DNA of 64,000 nucleotides. Source: Nitrosopumilus sp. (GTDB lineage Archaea > Thermoproteota > Nitrososphaeria > Nitrososphaerales > Nitrosopumilaceae). Each line of letters starts with the position of its first letter. Positions within the stretch are counted from its first letter, which is position 1. The position numbers were made by a program, and so were the translations under genes. Below the pieces are notes generated by a model. It did no database searches. It had not been told where the DNA came from and saw only the letters and a program-made list of their open reading frames with translations. The stretch spans positions 20,672 through 84,671 of the forward strand of contig JAHELP010000001.1 of assembly GCA_024644105.1 (NCBI GenBank). Direction: 5' to 3'. Shown here one piece after another: positions 51,875-61,571 of the stretch.

Positions 51875-52596
51875 GAAAATACACCATTAATTTTAGTATC
51901 TGAACTATCTCCAGGATTATAAACTGAAGAAGTTACAGTTCCATAATCTTCATGTTCTACAACCATATCAATATAATATGGATTTCCAGTTGCATCATTT
52001 ACATTTGTATCAAACATTGAAGTAAAATATGTTCCAGAAAAAATTTCTTTATCGGTAGTTCTGATCACTACCTTAACACTTTTTGTTTTATCACTTGTGT
52101 CAACATATTGTAAAAGAATATTATCATCAGATTGTTGTTTGGTTGATAGCGATAATGTTTCATAGATTATTGGAGTGTTATTTGGAGTATGAATATTATT
52201 TGAAGATTCTTGAATAGATGAGCTGTCTGAACCAGAATTCGAATTTCCTGTAAAAATACTTTGAATTGATTCAATTGGATTAAAATTGAAAAATTCTTCC
52301 TTGATTATTTCTTGAGAAGATTCCTTTACATCTGAAATTTCATTAGCTACTTTATCTCCAGCAGAACTAATTTCATCAGATATTGACTCAGCCGTCTTGT
52401 CTACAATTTTATCAACAGACGAATCAATTCTTTGTTCTACAGCATCTGATGCATCAGTGCCAAAATTACTTACATCATTTTTTAATGAATCAAAGACAGT
52501 TGCAGATGTTGTGGGAAACAAATTATCAATTTCATTTGAAAAAATCATGCCTCCTAGGATTATAATCCCACCAATTATGCCTAGTTTGATGAACAT
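51865..52596 (-). CDS. Hypothetical membrane-anchored protein, Ser/Asp-rich
   Basis: 243 aa. N-terminal TM helix (LGIIGGIIILGGMIF), a low-complexity acidic/Ser-rich linker and a C-terminal beta-rich domain. Confidence 0.45.
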   Translation of the reverse strand: MFIKLGIIGGIIILGGMIFSNEIDNLFPTTSATVFDSLKNDVSNFGTDASDAVEQRIDSSVDKIVDKTAESISDEISSAGDKVANEISDVKESSQEIIKEEFFNFNPIESIQSIFTGNSNSGSDSSSIQESSNNIHTPNNTPIIYETLSLSTKQQSDDNILLQYVDTSDKTKSVKVVIRTTDKEIFSGTYFTSMFDTNVNDATGNPYYIDMVVEHEDYGTVTSSVYNPGDSSDTKINGVFSQS

Positions 52597-52679
52597 ACTA
52601 GATGATTTAAAAAAATAGATTTTAGATTAAAACTAAAAAAAATAGTCAAAAATGAGTGAATTTTCTTAGCTAATCTCCA

Positions 52680-53078
52680 TTAATTTGCAAAAGCTATCCA
52701 ATCAATAATTCCATCAATATTTGATGAAGTCAGAGTTACCTTAATTGGTCCTAATGGAGATTCTTCAGGTTCATCACAGATAGCAATTTTTTCAACAAAT
52801 GCAGCTTGCTTGTTTAAAAAAAACCAAGTTGTATCACCTTCTAAGTTATTTTCCAAATTTCGAGTATAACTTTTTTGAGATTGTGACAAAGTAATTGCTT
52901 CATAAATTTTTTCCAATGATCTTAATTCTTTAGATTGAGCTTTAATTGAAAAATTTTCATTTTTTATTTCTGAGAATGGAAAAATATTTGAAATAGCTTG
53001 CTTTACTTTTTCGGGATTTTCAGATAAATTAACCGGACAAATCATTTCAATTTTACAATTGATGTTCGGTATTTTCAT
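52680..53078 (-). CDS. UPF0201/COG1931-like putative RNA-binding protein
   Basis: 132 aa. 'PVNLSENPEKVKQAISNIFP' resembles the conserved PTED-EKV..A..N.FP region of this archaeal family. ATGA overlap with the upstream kinase-like gene. Confidence 0.5.
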   Translation of the reverse strand: MKIPNINCKIEMICPVNLSENPEKVKQAISNIFPFSEIKNENFSIKAQSKELRSLEKIYEAITLSQSQKSYTRNLENNLEGDTTWFFLNKQAAFVEKIAICDEPEESPLGPIKVTLTSSNIDGIIDWIAFAN

Positions 53079-53626
53079 TCTACCCAGCTTTGAATAATTT
53101 TAAAAGTTTGATCAATTAATTTTTCTTTTGTTATACCCACATTTGAAATTGCATAATCAGATAGAGCTATTGAATTACTTATTCCAACACCTAATTCTCT
53201 AGTATCTCTTTCCTCAAAGTGCTCTTTTGTTTGTGGATCATCTGATCTTCCTCTTTTTTGCAAAAAATCAAATCTAGTATCAGTGGATGCATGTACAGCT
53301 AATAATTTAACATTCCCAAATTTTTTAAGTACTTGAATTTCATCATTTGATCTAACTCCATCTATTAAAATTACATTTGAATTTGAAGATTCTATTTGTG
53401 ATTTAACTAATTCTGCAATTGCTCCAGGACCATTTTTTTCTCTAAGCTCTAACATTAATTTTCCAAGATTATCTCTTGTAGATTCTAAATTTCTCTTTTT
53501 TGCCTCTTCTCTAACGGCATTTCCCATATTGATAATTTCATATCCTTTAGATTTCAAACCATCTGCAATTGTAGATTTGCCCGCACCAGGCATTCCGGTC
53601 AAACATACAATGAGTTTTGTCAACAT
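53075..53626 (-). CDS. P-loop nucleotide/nucleoside kinase-like protein (UPF0200/dephospho-CoA-kinase-like)
   Basis: 183 aa. Contains the Walker A motif 'LTGMPGAGKST'. Small NMP-kinase-like size. Confidence 0.65.
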   Translation of the reverse strand: MLTKLIVCLTGMPGAGKSTIADGLKSKGYEIINMGNAVREEAKKRNLESTRDNLGKLMLELREKNGPGAIAELVKSQIESSNSNVILIDGVRSNDEIQVLKKFGNVKLLAVHASTDTRFDFLQKRGRSDDPQTKEHFEERDTRELGVGISNSIALSDYAISNVGITKEKLIDQTFKIIQSWVE

Positions 53627-53692
53627 ATATCAAAAAAAGAGGTCGTCTATGAAGCTACCGGAAATAATTATAAACATTATTCAAAAAATCTT

Positions 53693-54238
53693 ATGATGCG
53701 TGTTTTTGTAGCAATTGAAATCACAGATAAAATAGTGATTAATTCAATTACAAAATTTCAGGATAAATTAGAAATAGATGCAAAACCTATTGAAGCACAG
53801 AATTTTCATTTTACATTACAATTTTTAGGAGAAGTTTCTAAAGATACCTTAGTTAAAATCAAAGAGGCCTTGCAAACAGTCGAATTTTCAAGTTTTGATA
53901 TTATTCTAAAAGGTGTAGGAGTATTTCCAAAACCCAGATTTCCAAGAGTGATTTGGGTAGGAACGGATGAAAAGGGAGGAGAAATTTTAATTGAACTATC
54001 TAAAAAGATAGTAAAAGTGCTTGAACCCCTAGGATTCTTTCAAGACAAGTCATTCAAACCTCATATCACAGTATTTAGAATTAAAAAGAAGATTGGAGAT
54101 ATATCAAGAGAATTGGAATCTATAAAAATGGAAAATTTTGGAATGCAAAAGATATCAAATATTAAATTGAAAAAAAGTGAACTAACATCAAGTGGACCAA
54201 TTTATTCAGATTTATTGGAGATTTGTGCAATTAAATGA
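53693..54238 (+). CDS. thpR: RNA 2',3'-cyclic phosphodiesterase (2H family, ThpR/LigT)
   Basis: 181 aa. Two HxT/S motifs: 'FHFTLQFLGE' and 'PHITVFR'. Confidence 0.8.
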   Translation: MMRVFVAIEITDKIVINSITKFQDKLEIDAKPIEAQNFHFTLQFLGEVSKDTLVKIKEALQTVEFSSFDIILKGVGVFPKPRFPRVIWVGTDEKGGEILIELSKKIVKVLEPLGFFQDKSFKPHITVFRIKKKIGDISRELESIKMENFGMQKISNIKLKKSELTSSGPIYSDLLEICAIK

Positions 54239-55566
54239 AACAAATAATTTCTAAGGTTTCTAAAACTGTAGTACCTTCAAAAATAGTAGAAAAATCAAAA
54301 CAGAAAATTGCAGAAAAAGCTTTCAGTCTTGTTGAAAAAGAAATTAAGAAATATTCAGAAATTGTAGGATTAGAATTTGGTGGATCATTTGCTAAAGGTA
54401 CTTGGTTATCTAAAGATGCAGATGTTGATATTTTTATTAAATTTAAAAAAAATGTCTCTGAAGAAAAATTTGAGAAAGTTTCTAAAAAAATTGGATTTGA
54501 TTCATTGAAAAAATATTCTCCCTATGTTAGATATTCTCAACACCCTTATGTCGAGGCTAAAATTGGAAATACCAAAATAAATGTTGTACCATGTTATGAT
54601 GTCAAAATTGGAGAATGGAAAAGTGCCGCAGATAGATCTCCATTTCATACGAAATTTATGAAAAAATCATTATCGCCAAAAATGAGAAATGAAGTACGAG
54701 TTCTAAAGACATTTCTAAAATCAAATGGAATTTATGGTGCTGAAATAGCAAAACAAGGATTTAGTGGATATATTTCAGAAGTTTTAATTTTAGAGTTTGG
54801 TAGTTTTCAAAATCTAATAAAATCTGTTTCAAAAATTAAAGAAAATCAAGTGATTGGAAAAACAACTAAAAAATTTGATACATCAATTGTAGTGATTGAT
54901 CCTATAGACAGTAACCGAAATTTAGCCGCTGCAATTTCAGATGAAAATATTGGAAAATTTATTCTTGTTTCTAGAGCAATTAAAGAAAAACCTAGTTTAG
55001 TATTCTTTAAGATTAGAAAGTCAAGAATATCAAATAAATTTTGGAATAATTTGTTGGTTGTAAAATTTAATTTTAAATCAAGAAGTCCAGATATTATTTG
55101 GGGACAAATAAAAAGAACTACTTCCACTTTATCTACTCAGTTAGAATTAGCAGGCTTTACTGTATTGAGGAGTAAATCTCACACAGATCAACTAAAAGAA
55201 GCCTATCTTTTGTTCTTTTTAGAGTCTACAAAAATTAATGAGATCTATTCTAAAAAAGGACCAGAGTTTTTCAGAGAGCACAGTACTCATAGTTTTATTG
55301 CTAAAAATCTTAAAAATGCAGAATTATTATGGGTTGGAAATCAAAGAAAAATAATTTCTTTAGAAAAAAGAAACCACACAGATGCTGTAAGTTTTATGAA
55401 AGAATTTTTGAAGAAAAATCTTCAGATAGGCATACCAAAAGGTCTTCAAAGTGATTTGAAACGAGGTTTTAAAGTGTCAGTAGGAAACAAAGGACTAAGC
55501 AAATCAATTAAAGAGGAAGCGGCAGAATTGATTTCAGTAGATGGCACACTCCTTCATTTCAATTAA
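54235..55566 (+). CDS. cca: CCA-adding enzyme (archaeal class I tRNA nucleotidyltransferase)
   Basis: 443 aa. Contains 'GGSFAKGTWLSKDADVDIFI' and 'RSPFHTKFM'. ATGA overlap with thpR. Confidence 0.85.
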   Translation: MKQIISKVSKTVVPSKIVEKSKQKIAEKAFSLVEKEIKKYSEIVGLEFGGSFAKGTWLSKDADVDIFIKFKKNVSEEKFEKVSKKIGFDSLKKYSPYVRYSQHPYVEAKIGNTKINVVPCYDVKIGEWKSAADRSPFHTKFMKKSLSPKMRNEVRVLKTFLKSNGIYGAEIAKQGFSGYISEVLILEFGSFQNLIKSVSKIKENQVIGKTTKKFDTSIVVIDPIDSNRNLAAAISDENIGKFILVSRAIKEKPSLVFFKIRKSRISNKFWNNLLVVKFNFKSRSPDIIWGQIKRTTSTLSTQLELAGFTVLRSKSHTDQLKEAYLLFFLESTKINEIYSKKGPEFFREHSTHSFIAKNLKNAELLWVGNQRKIISLEKRNHTDAVSFMKEFLKKNLQIGIPKGLQSDLKRGFKVSVGNKGLSKSIKEEAAELISVDGTLLHFN

Positions 55567-56302
55567 GAAATTTTTAGAAGAACCATACTCAAACATTTTA
55601 GGATATCCAAATGCAACTAATCGTCAAATTAAATCAAGAATTAATGAATTAGAAAAATTAAAAATTAAATCTATTTCTTTAACAGGTCCAACTACTCTTG
55701 GAAATTTAGCAATTCTAGGAAAAGGATACGTTGGTGTTGTGGTGATTGCAAAAAAAGGCAACAAAATGATAGCTCTAAAAATTCGAAGAACAGATTCTCC
55801 AAGAAAGAATATGAAAAATGAAGCAACATTACTAAAATTAGTTAACTCAGTTAAAGTTGGTCCTAAAATGATAGATGCTAGTAAAAATTTCTTAGTTATG
55901 GAATATTTGGATGGAGAGAAATTTAGTGATTGGATTGAGATGTTGAAAGGAGTTGGAAGTGCAAAAAAATTAAAATCTACAATAAAAAGTGTGTTAGAAG
56001 ATTGTTATAGATTAGATCAGATTGGATTTGATCATGGTGAATTGAGTAATATTTCAAAGCATGTTATTGTAGGTAAAACAAAAGCTTCACTAATTGATTT
56101 TGAAAGTTCTAGCACTAAAAGAAGACCATCTAATGTAACATCAATCACTCAAGCCTTTTTTATTGGCTCAGGAATTTCGAAAAAGGCTCAAAAAATTTAC
56201 AAAAATTCATCCAAAGAAAAAATTATTCAAGCACTAAAATTATACAAACAAGAGAAAACTCGCGAAAATTTTGAAAGATTACTCAAAATTCTAAAATTAT
56301 AA
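55541..56302 (+). CDS. Atypical RIO/Bud32-like protein kinase (COG2112-type)
   Basis: 253 aa. 'LGKGYVGVVVIAKKGNKMIALKIRR' (Gly-loop plus Lys) and 'FDHGELSNISKHVIV...LIDFES' (catalytic and DFG-like regions). 26-nt overlap with cca. Confidence 0.6.
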   Translation: MAHSFISIKKFLEEPYSNILGYPNATNRQIKSRINELEKLKIKSISLTGPTTLGNLAILGKGYVGVVVIAKKGNKMIALKIRRTDSPRKNMKNEATLLKLVNSVKVGPKMIDASKNFLVMEYLDGEKFSDWIEMLKGVGSAKKLKSTIKSVLEDCYRLDQIGFDHGELSNISKHVIVGKTKASLIDFESSSTKRRPSNVTSITQAFFIGSGISKKAQKIYKNSSKEKIIQALKLYKQEKTRENFERLLKILKL

Positions 56303-56376
56303 TGGGATCGGCAGGATTTGAACCTGCGACCACTAGTCCCCCAGACTAGTATCATACCAAGCTAGACTACGATCCC
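56303..56376 (-). tRNA. tRNA-Pro (anticodon GGG), no encoded CCA
   Basis: Hand-folded. Acceptor GGGATCG/CGATCCC, anticodon arm CTAGT-CTGGGGG-ACTAG, T-arm GCAGG-TTCAAAT-CCTGC, discriminator A. Its 3' end directly abuts the stop codon of the convergent kinase gene. Confidence 0.9.
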
Positions 56377-56429
56377 TCGTTTCAGAGGCACAAAATGAAA
56401 TTATTAAATCGTCGTATTGATAAACAAAA

Positions 56430-56642
56430 TTGATGAAACTTTGTAATATTTGTCATAAAATTTCTGCTACAGACCAAGATCATCTTGATTGTGTTCAAAG
56501 AAGAAGTATAGAATTAGAAGATGAGAATTTTAAAAATAATATTCCAGAAAAACTAACTCTTTCAAAAAATACTCAGGAATTAGGTGTAGAAGTCAGAGCA
56601 CTTTTAGAACATCTTTCCAAAAGCAAGGACTCAGACGAATAA
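56430..56642 (+). CDS. Hypothetical small protein
   Basis: 70-aa ORF. N-terminal 'CNICH...HLDC' may bind metal. The rest is charged and helical. Confidence 0.4.
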   Translation: MMKLCNICHKISATDQDHLDCVQRRSIELEDENFKNNIPEKLTLSKNTQELGVEVRALLEHLSKSKDSDE

Positions 56643-56643
56643 A

Positions 56644-57792
56644 CTAAAACCATTTTGATAGTCTTTCTTTTTCAAATTCAATTTTTTTAGAGAGATTATC
56701 AGATGTTGATTCTGTGAGATTTGTTGATGGTTTATCGTTTGTGAACATATCAACTTCAATTACAGATGCTGTTTCTCTACCAGATTCAATGAAACATCCT
56801 CCTTTTCCATCAAAAAGGACTGAATCTGATTTTGATTGAATTTTTGAAATAATATTTTTAGCAACTGTAATTCCTTCTCCTTCTGCAAAAATTCCTGCTT
56901 TAGGAACTGCCATATTTTCTGCAACGATTAAACTAGTTACATCACCCACTGCAAAGATATTTTCAAAAGGTGTTTTGCAATCTCTATCTATCTGAATGAA
57001 TCCAGATTCTTTTGCTAATCCAGAATCATAGATTACTTTAGGAGCAATATGTGGTGGGATTGCTAAAAGTAAATCAAAATCAGCGTCACTATCTTCAAAA
57101 ATTAATTTTTTATGTTTAACTGATTTTATTTTTGAGGAATTATGAAATACAATCTTTTCAGAGTTGACCATGTCAAGAATTTGTTTACTAACATCTGGTC
57201 CAGCTGCAGGCAGAGTTATAGGGGCTGGACTGTAAAAATCAATTTGAATAGAATCACGAACTCCTCGTTTTCTTAGCATAGCATCAATTAGTAAACTAGC
57301 CTCAAATGGTGCTGGAGGACATTTGTAAGGCATGCCCATTATGGATATTGCAATTTTTCCGGATGTTATGGTCTCAAGTTTTTCGTGAATTTGTGAAAGT
57401 TGTTTGTGATCATATAGATTGAATCCATTTTCTTCTAACCCAGGAATTTTTTGAGGTGCTAATACAGCACCCATTGAAATTATTAGAAAATCAAAAGAGA
57501 TTGTTTGGGATTTTGTTTCAATATTCTTCTTTTCAGGATTAATTGATATTATTTCATCTTTAATGAAATTGATTTCTTTTTTTTCTAATTCATTTAATGA
57601 TCCAATTGAATTTTCAAAAGTTCGTGTTCCATTTATGATCCATAACTTTGCAAACCCAACCATAAACCAGTCTTTTTTATCAATTAAAGTAATTTTTACT
57701 TTAGATGATGATAGTGAGTTTCGTATCTCATTAGCAGCTGATAATCCACCAAAACCGCCACCTAAAATTACAACATGGGGAATATTTGACAA
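56644..57792 (-). CDS. FAD-dependent pyridine nucleotide-disulfide oxidoreductase (sulfide:quinone reductase / type II NADH dehydrogenase-like)
   Basis: 382 aa. Dinucleotide fold 'VVILGGGFGGLSAA' and 'FAVGDVTS'. Confidence 0.75.
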   Translation of the reverse strand: MSNIPHVVILGGGFGGLSAANEIRNSLSSSKVKITLIDKKDWFMVGFAKLWIINGTRTFENSIGSLNELEKKEINFIKDEIISINPEKKNIETKSQTISFDFLIISMGAVLAPQKIPGLEENGFNLYDHKQLSQIHEKLETITSGKIAISIMGMPYKCPPAPFEASLLIDAMLRKRGVRDSIQIDFYSPAPITLPAAGPDVSKQILDMVNSEKIVFHNSSKIKSVKHKKLIFEDSDADFDLLLAIPPHIAPKVIYDSGLAKESGFIQIDRDCKTPFENIFAVGDVTSLIVAENMAVPKAGIFAEGEGITVAKNIISKIQSKSDSVLFDGKGGCFIESGRETASVIEVDMFTNDKPSTNLTESTSDNLSKKIEFEKERLSKWF

Positions 57793-57793
57793 A

Positions 57794-58555
57794 TTAACGT
57801 TCTTGAGTTGTAGGTCTAATCAGAATTTCATTTACATTAACGTGATTTGGTGAATCAACTGCATACAAAATTGCTTTTGCAATATCTTCTGCTTGTAAAG
57901 CTTCCATCTTCTTTGTATTTTCTACAAAGCCTTGTAGGGATTCATCAGTGATTGTATCATTTAGTTCTGTAGCAACTACTCCAGGTTCAATACTGGTTAC
58001 TCTAATGTTTGAGCGTACACTGAATTCTTGTCTCAGGCCCTCACTAAATGCAGCAACTGCATGTTTTGTTGCACAGTATACACTACCAGCAGGAAATACA
58101 ATTCTTCCAGCTACAGATGAGAGATTAACAATATGACCAGACTTTTTTTCTTTCATATGAGAAATTACAGCACCTGTAGAATACAAAACACCTTTGATAT
58201 TCACATCTATCATTCTATCCCATTCATCAACTTTGAGACTTTTGAAAAAACTTAGAGGCATTAAACCTGCATTGTTTACAAGAATATCTATAGAACCCCA
58301 TTTGTCTAAAACTGCTTTAGCAAAATCTTCACATTCAGATCTTTGAGTTACATCAAGTTTTTGGAAAAATACTTCTCCACCATCAGAAGAGATTTTTTTA
58401 GCTAGCTCTTCTAATCTATCAACTCGTCTAGCACCTATTGCAATTTTTGCGCCAGCTTTTGATAACTCTAAAGCAGTTGCAAAACCAATACCACTACTGG
58501 CTCCAGTAATTATTGCAACTTTATCTTTAATCACAAACAAACTAAATTTGAACAT
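57794..58555 (-). CDS. Short-chain dehydrogenase/reductase (SDR)
   Basis: 253 aa. Contains 'ITGASSGIG', 'NNAG' and the catalytic 'YCATKHA'. Confidence 0.9.
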   Translation of the reverse strand: MFKFSLFVIKDKVAIITGASSGIGFATALELSKAGAKIAIGARRVDRLEELAKKISSDGGEVFFQKLDVTQRSECEDFAKAVLDKWGSIDILVNNAGLMPLSFFKSLKVDEWDRMIDVNIKGVLYSTGAVISHMKEKKSGHIVNLSSVAGRIVFPAGSVYCATKHAVAAFSEGLRQEFSVRSNIRVTSIEPGVVATELNDTITDESLQGFVENTKKMEALQAEDIAKAILYAVDSPNHVNVNEILIRPTTQER

Positions 58556-58631
58556 CGTAAAAATGTTTAGACATTAAGAAATCTCAAGAAATACTGGCAC
58601 CTTTATTAAAAGAAAAGTAGTAGTTGAAAAT

Positions 58632-58853
58632 ATGGAATCAGAAAAATGTGCATATTGTGGAGATCTTACAGATATGCCATTTCAATGCAATTATTGCAAA
58701 GATCCTTTCTGTGCAGAACACAGACTACCTGAAGAACATAGATGTGTAAAACTAAGCCAAATTAGAGCTAAAAGATTTGGAGAGAGAAAAGTTATTCGCG
58801 ATGGTGGACCTAACAGACCTAATATTTTAAAACGAATTTTTGGAAGATTTTAA
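58632..58853 (+). CDS. AN1-type zinc-finger mini-protein
   Basis: 73 aa. 'CAYCGDLTDMPFQCNYCKDPFCAEHRLPEEHRC' matches the AN1 pattern C-x2-C-x(9-12)-C-x2-C-x4-C-x2-H-x5-H-x-C. Confidence 0.7.
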   Translation: MESEKCAYCGDLTDMPFQCNYCKDPFCAEHRLPEEHRCVKLSQIRAKRFGERKVIRDGGPNRPNILKRIFGRF

Positions 58854-58855
58854 AA

Positions 58856-59140
58856 TTAATATGGACTTTTGTCAGGTGAGATTTTTGCTCTTCTCCCCTG
58901 ATAAATTAAAGCAATAGCAAGTGCAAACATTACCATTGCAGTCAACGGAAAATTTTGTGGTGCTGGTAGAATAAACCAATAGTAAATTCCAAAACCAATT
59001 GATACAATTGCCTGTGTCCATAATTTGATCCATTTTGGTATTTTTGCTAGACGACTAATAACTTCAACCAGGAAAATTCCAATTACAGGATATATTGTGT
59101 AAAAAAGAAAATCTATAACATCAACGCCTGTATGAGACAT
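58856..59140 (-). CDS. Hypothetical small membrane protein
   Basis: 94 aa with 3 hydrophobic helices. Confidence 0.45.
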   Translation of the reverse strand: MSHTGVDVIDFLFYTIYPVIGIFLVEVISRLAKIPKWIKLWTQAIVSIGFGIYYWFILPAPQNFPLTAMVMFALAIALIYQGRRAKISPDKSPY

Positions 59141-59171
59141 ATTATTCGGTAATGATAGGTATAATTTCTAT

Positions 59172-59729
59172 CTAATCTTCCAAATGGACCTTAGTTGCAA
59201 CATTTTTGGCAATTAGAGCCTGAGCATTCTCATATGGAATTGTAGCTATATCTTCAGTTTTGAAAGGCCCATATTTTTCAAGATCAGCTCCAACAATCTC
59301 ATCAACTTCATTTAGAAATCTAACAACGATTTTCTTAGTTTTGTGATTTTGGGCTAATGATTCTAAAAATTTTGATTTACCGTTAATTGTTGCTGAAAGA
59401 ATCATTTCTGTTCTCTCTTTTTGATCTTCTTGTGAATCAAAAATAAATTTTTCTTCATCTAAAAGATTACTAATTTCTATATCTGAAGTTTTTGAAATTT
59501 TTTCTAATCTTATTTCTATCAGTAAAGTTGTTAATTCAATAACCATATCAATCATTGTATCTTTTATTTTATTTTCCACTCCATCAAATTCTTGCTTTCG
59601 TAAATTTCCAATAAAATCAGCTAGATTTCTGTAAAAATCGGGATCAATTTCTTCAATGGAATCACTTTCAGTTTCACGTAAAACTGTATGATGAAGGGAA
59701 ATGATATTGATTTGATTTGATTCTGACAT
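59172..59729 (-). CDS. Possible GINS subunit (Gins51/Gins15-like)
   Basis: 185 aa. Helical N-terminal domain with 'IDPDFYRNLADFIGNLR...LLIEIRLEKI', then a small C-terminal domain. Size and pattern resemble archaeal GINS. Not verified. Confidence 0.4.
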   Translation of the reverse strand: MSESNQINIISLHHTVLRETESDSIEEIDPDFYRNLADFIGNLRKQEFDGVENKIKDTMIDMVIELTTLLIEIRLEKISKTSDIEISNLLDEEKFIFDSQEDQKERTEMILSATINGKSKFLESLAQNHKTKKIVVRFLNEVDEIVGADLEKYGPFKTEDIATIPYENAQALIAKNVATKVHLED

Positions 59730-59770
59730 TTCTTACCTAATCCTTAAATGGCTGATGTATTTGTGTTTGA

Positions 59771-61243
59771 TTGAAGAATAAATTGCCATATAAAGTCAGC
59801 CACGGTAAAGCTATCCAAGTAACATATTCACCGGATGAAGTCTTTTCAAGAATTCAACATGAAGGAATTCAGTTTATAGATCTACAATTTACTGGTCTTA
59901 CTGGCCATTTTCATCATACTACAATTTCAGCTAATACTTTTACTCCAGAACAAATGAGAGATGGATTACCAAAATTAGATGGTTCATCAATTATTGGATT
60001 TACAAGTATTGATGACTCTGATTTGCTGTTAAAACCAGATCCAAATACATTTGCTATTATTCCTTGGATGACTGAAAATAAAACCGCTAGGCTCCTCTGT
60101 GATGTCTATTGGGGAGAGGATAGAGGTAGATTATCAAGAGACCCAAGAGGGATTTCTCAAAAAGCTGAAGAATATATCAAAACTCAAGGATTTGATTATA
60201 GTAATTGGGGTCCTGAAGTTGAATTCTTTGTATTTGATAAAGTACATTGGGATGTTCTAACACCATACAAAGGTCAATCATATTCCATTGAATCAAAAGA
60301 AGCTCCTTGGAATCAATCAGGTGAAGGATATCCAATGGGATTACAAGAAGGATACTATCCAAGTACCCCAGCAGATACTCTTACTCCTTATAGAAATGAA
60401 TGTGTAAATATTCTCAATACAAATTTTGGAATCTTGTGTGATAATCATCATCATGAAGTAGCAACGGCAGGACAATGTGAAATTGATATCAAATATGATT
60501 ACATGACAAATGCTGCAGATGCTGCACAGTCATACAAGTATGTAATTAGAAATGTTGCACAAAAGTATGGAAAAGTTGCAACAATGATGCCAAAACCAAT
60601 AGCAATGGATTCAGGTTCTGGTATGCATGTCAATGTTAGTTTATGGAAAGGAATGGAAAATGCATTTTATGATCCTGATGATGAAATTGAATTAAGCCAG
60701 GTTGGGAGATATTTCTGTGGTGGTATAGTTAACCATGCAAAAGCATTATCAGCTATTTGTAATCCTACTACTAACTCATATCACAGATTAGTTCCAGGAT
60801 ATGAGGCTCCTGCATACATTGCATGGAGTTCAGGAAATCGTTCTGCAATAGTAAGAGTTCCAAAGCATCTCAGAGGCAAAAATTATTCTAATCTTAAAAG
60901 ACTTGAATTTAGAGCCCCAGATCCTTCATCAAATCCATATCTGGTATTTGCAGCGGTAACTGCAGCAGGAATGGATGGAATAAAGAAAAAGATGGATCCA
61001 GGAGAGGAAGTTCGTGATGATATATTCAAGATGACAAAATCTGATAGAGCAAAGAGAGGAATTGGAGTTCTTCCAAAAAGCCTTGGAGAAGCATTAGATG
61101 AACTTGAAAGTGATAGAAAATTCCTCAGTCCAATTTACACTAATGATGTGATTGATAAAATTATTGAATTAGAGAGGAGAGATCAACGTGAAATAGCCAT
61201 TAGACCACATCCACATGAATTTTATCTATACTTTGATGTTTAA
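59771..61243 (+). CDS. glnA: Glutamine synthetase, type I (copy 2)
   Basis: 490 aa. Contains 'GPEVEFFVF', 'HHEVATAGQCEID', 'MPKPIAMDSGSGMHVNVSLW', 'NSYHRLVPGYEAP' and 'NRSAIVRVP'. TTG start. Confidence 0.9.
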   Translation: MKNKLPYKVSHGKAIQVTYSPDEVFSRIQHEGIQFIDLQFTGLTGHFHHTTISANTFTPEQMRDGLPKLDGSSIIGFTSIDDSDLLLKPDPNTFAIIPWMTENKTARLLCDVYWGEDRGRLSRDPRGISQKAEEYIKTQGFDYSNWGPEVEFFVFDKVHWDVLTPYKGQSYSIESKEAPWNQSGEGYPMGLQEGYYPSTPADTLTPYRNECVNILNTNFGILCDNHHHEVATAGQCEIDIKYDYMTNAADAAQSYKYVIRNVAQKYGKVATMMPKPIAMDSGSGMHVNVSLWKGMENAFYDPDDEIELSQVGRYFCGGIVNHAKALSAICNPTTNSYHRLVPGYEAPAYIAWSSGNRSAIVRVPKHLRGKNYSNLKRLEFRAPDPSSNPYLVFAAVTAAGMDGIKKKMDPGEEVRDDIFKMTKSDRAKRGIGVLPKSLGEALDELESDRKFLSPIYTNDVIDKIIELERRDQREIAIRPHPHEFYLYFDV

Positions 61244-61518
61244 GCTCTTCCAGTTAATTGAAAAATATAGTATAATGAAATAGCCATTAAAGCAAATCCA
61301 CTTCCTAGAAATATTGCTCTTTTACTTTCAGATGTTGCGGCTCGGTATAACAAAACTCCACCGGCAAGACCTACAAATAATACCAACACACCAGATATTG
61401 TCCCATCAAAACTAGTGTTTGTAATAAGAGGATGAAAGAGACCTGCAAGTAATGCAAAAAATGCAACTAGGTAAACATACTTGAAACCAGTTAACATTGT
61501 AGAGGATGTTTTATTCAA
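61240..61518 (-). CDS. Hypothetical small membrane protein
   Basis: 92 aa with 3 hydrophobic helices. Convergent 4-nt overlap with glnA copy 2. Confidence 0.45.
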   Translation of the reverse strand: MNKTSSTMLTGFKYVYLVAFFALLAGLFHPLITNTSFDGTISGVLVLFVGLAGGVLLYRAATSESKRAIFLGSGFALMAISLYYIFQLTGRA

Positions 61519-61571
61519 TATTGTTCGTAAATTTGTTTAGCAATTAAAGTTTTGAAAAATTTCAAAATGAT

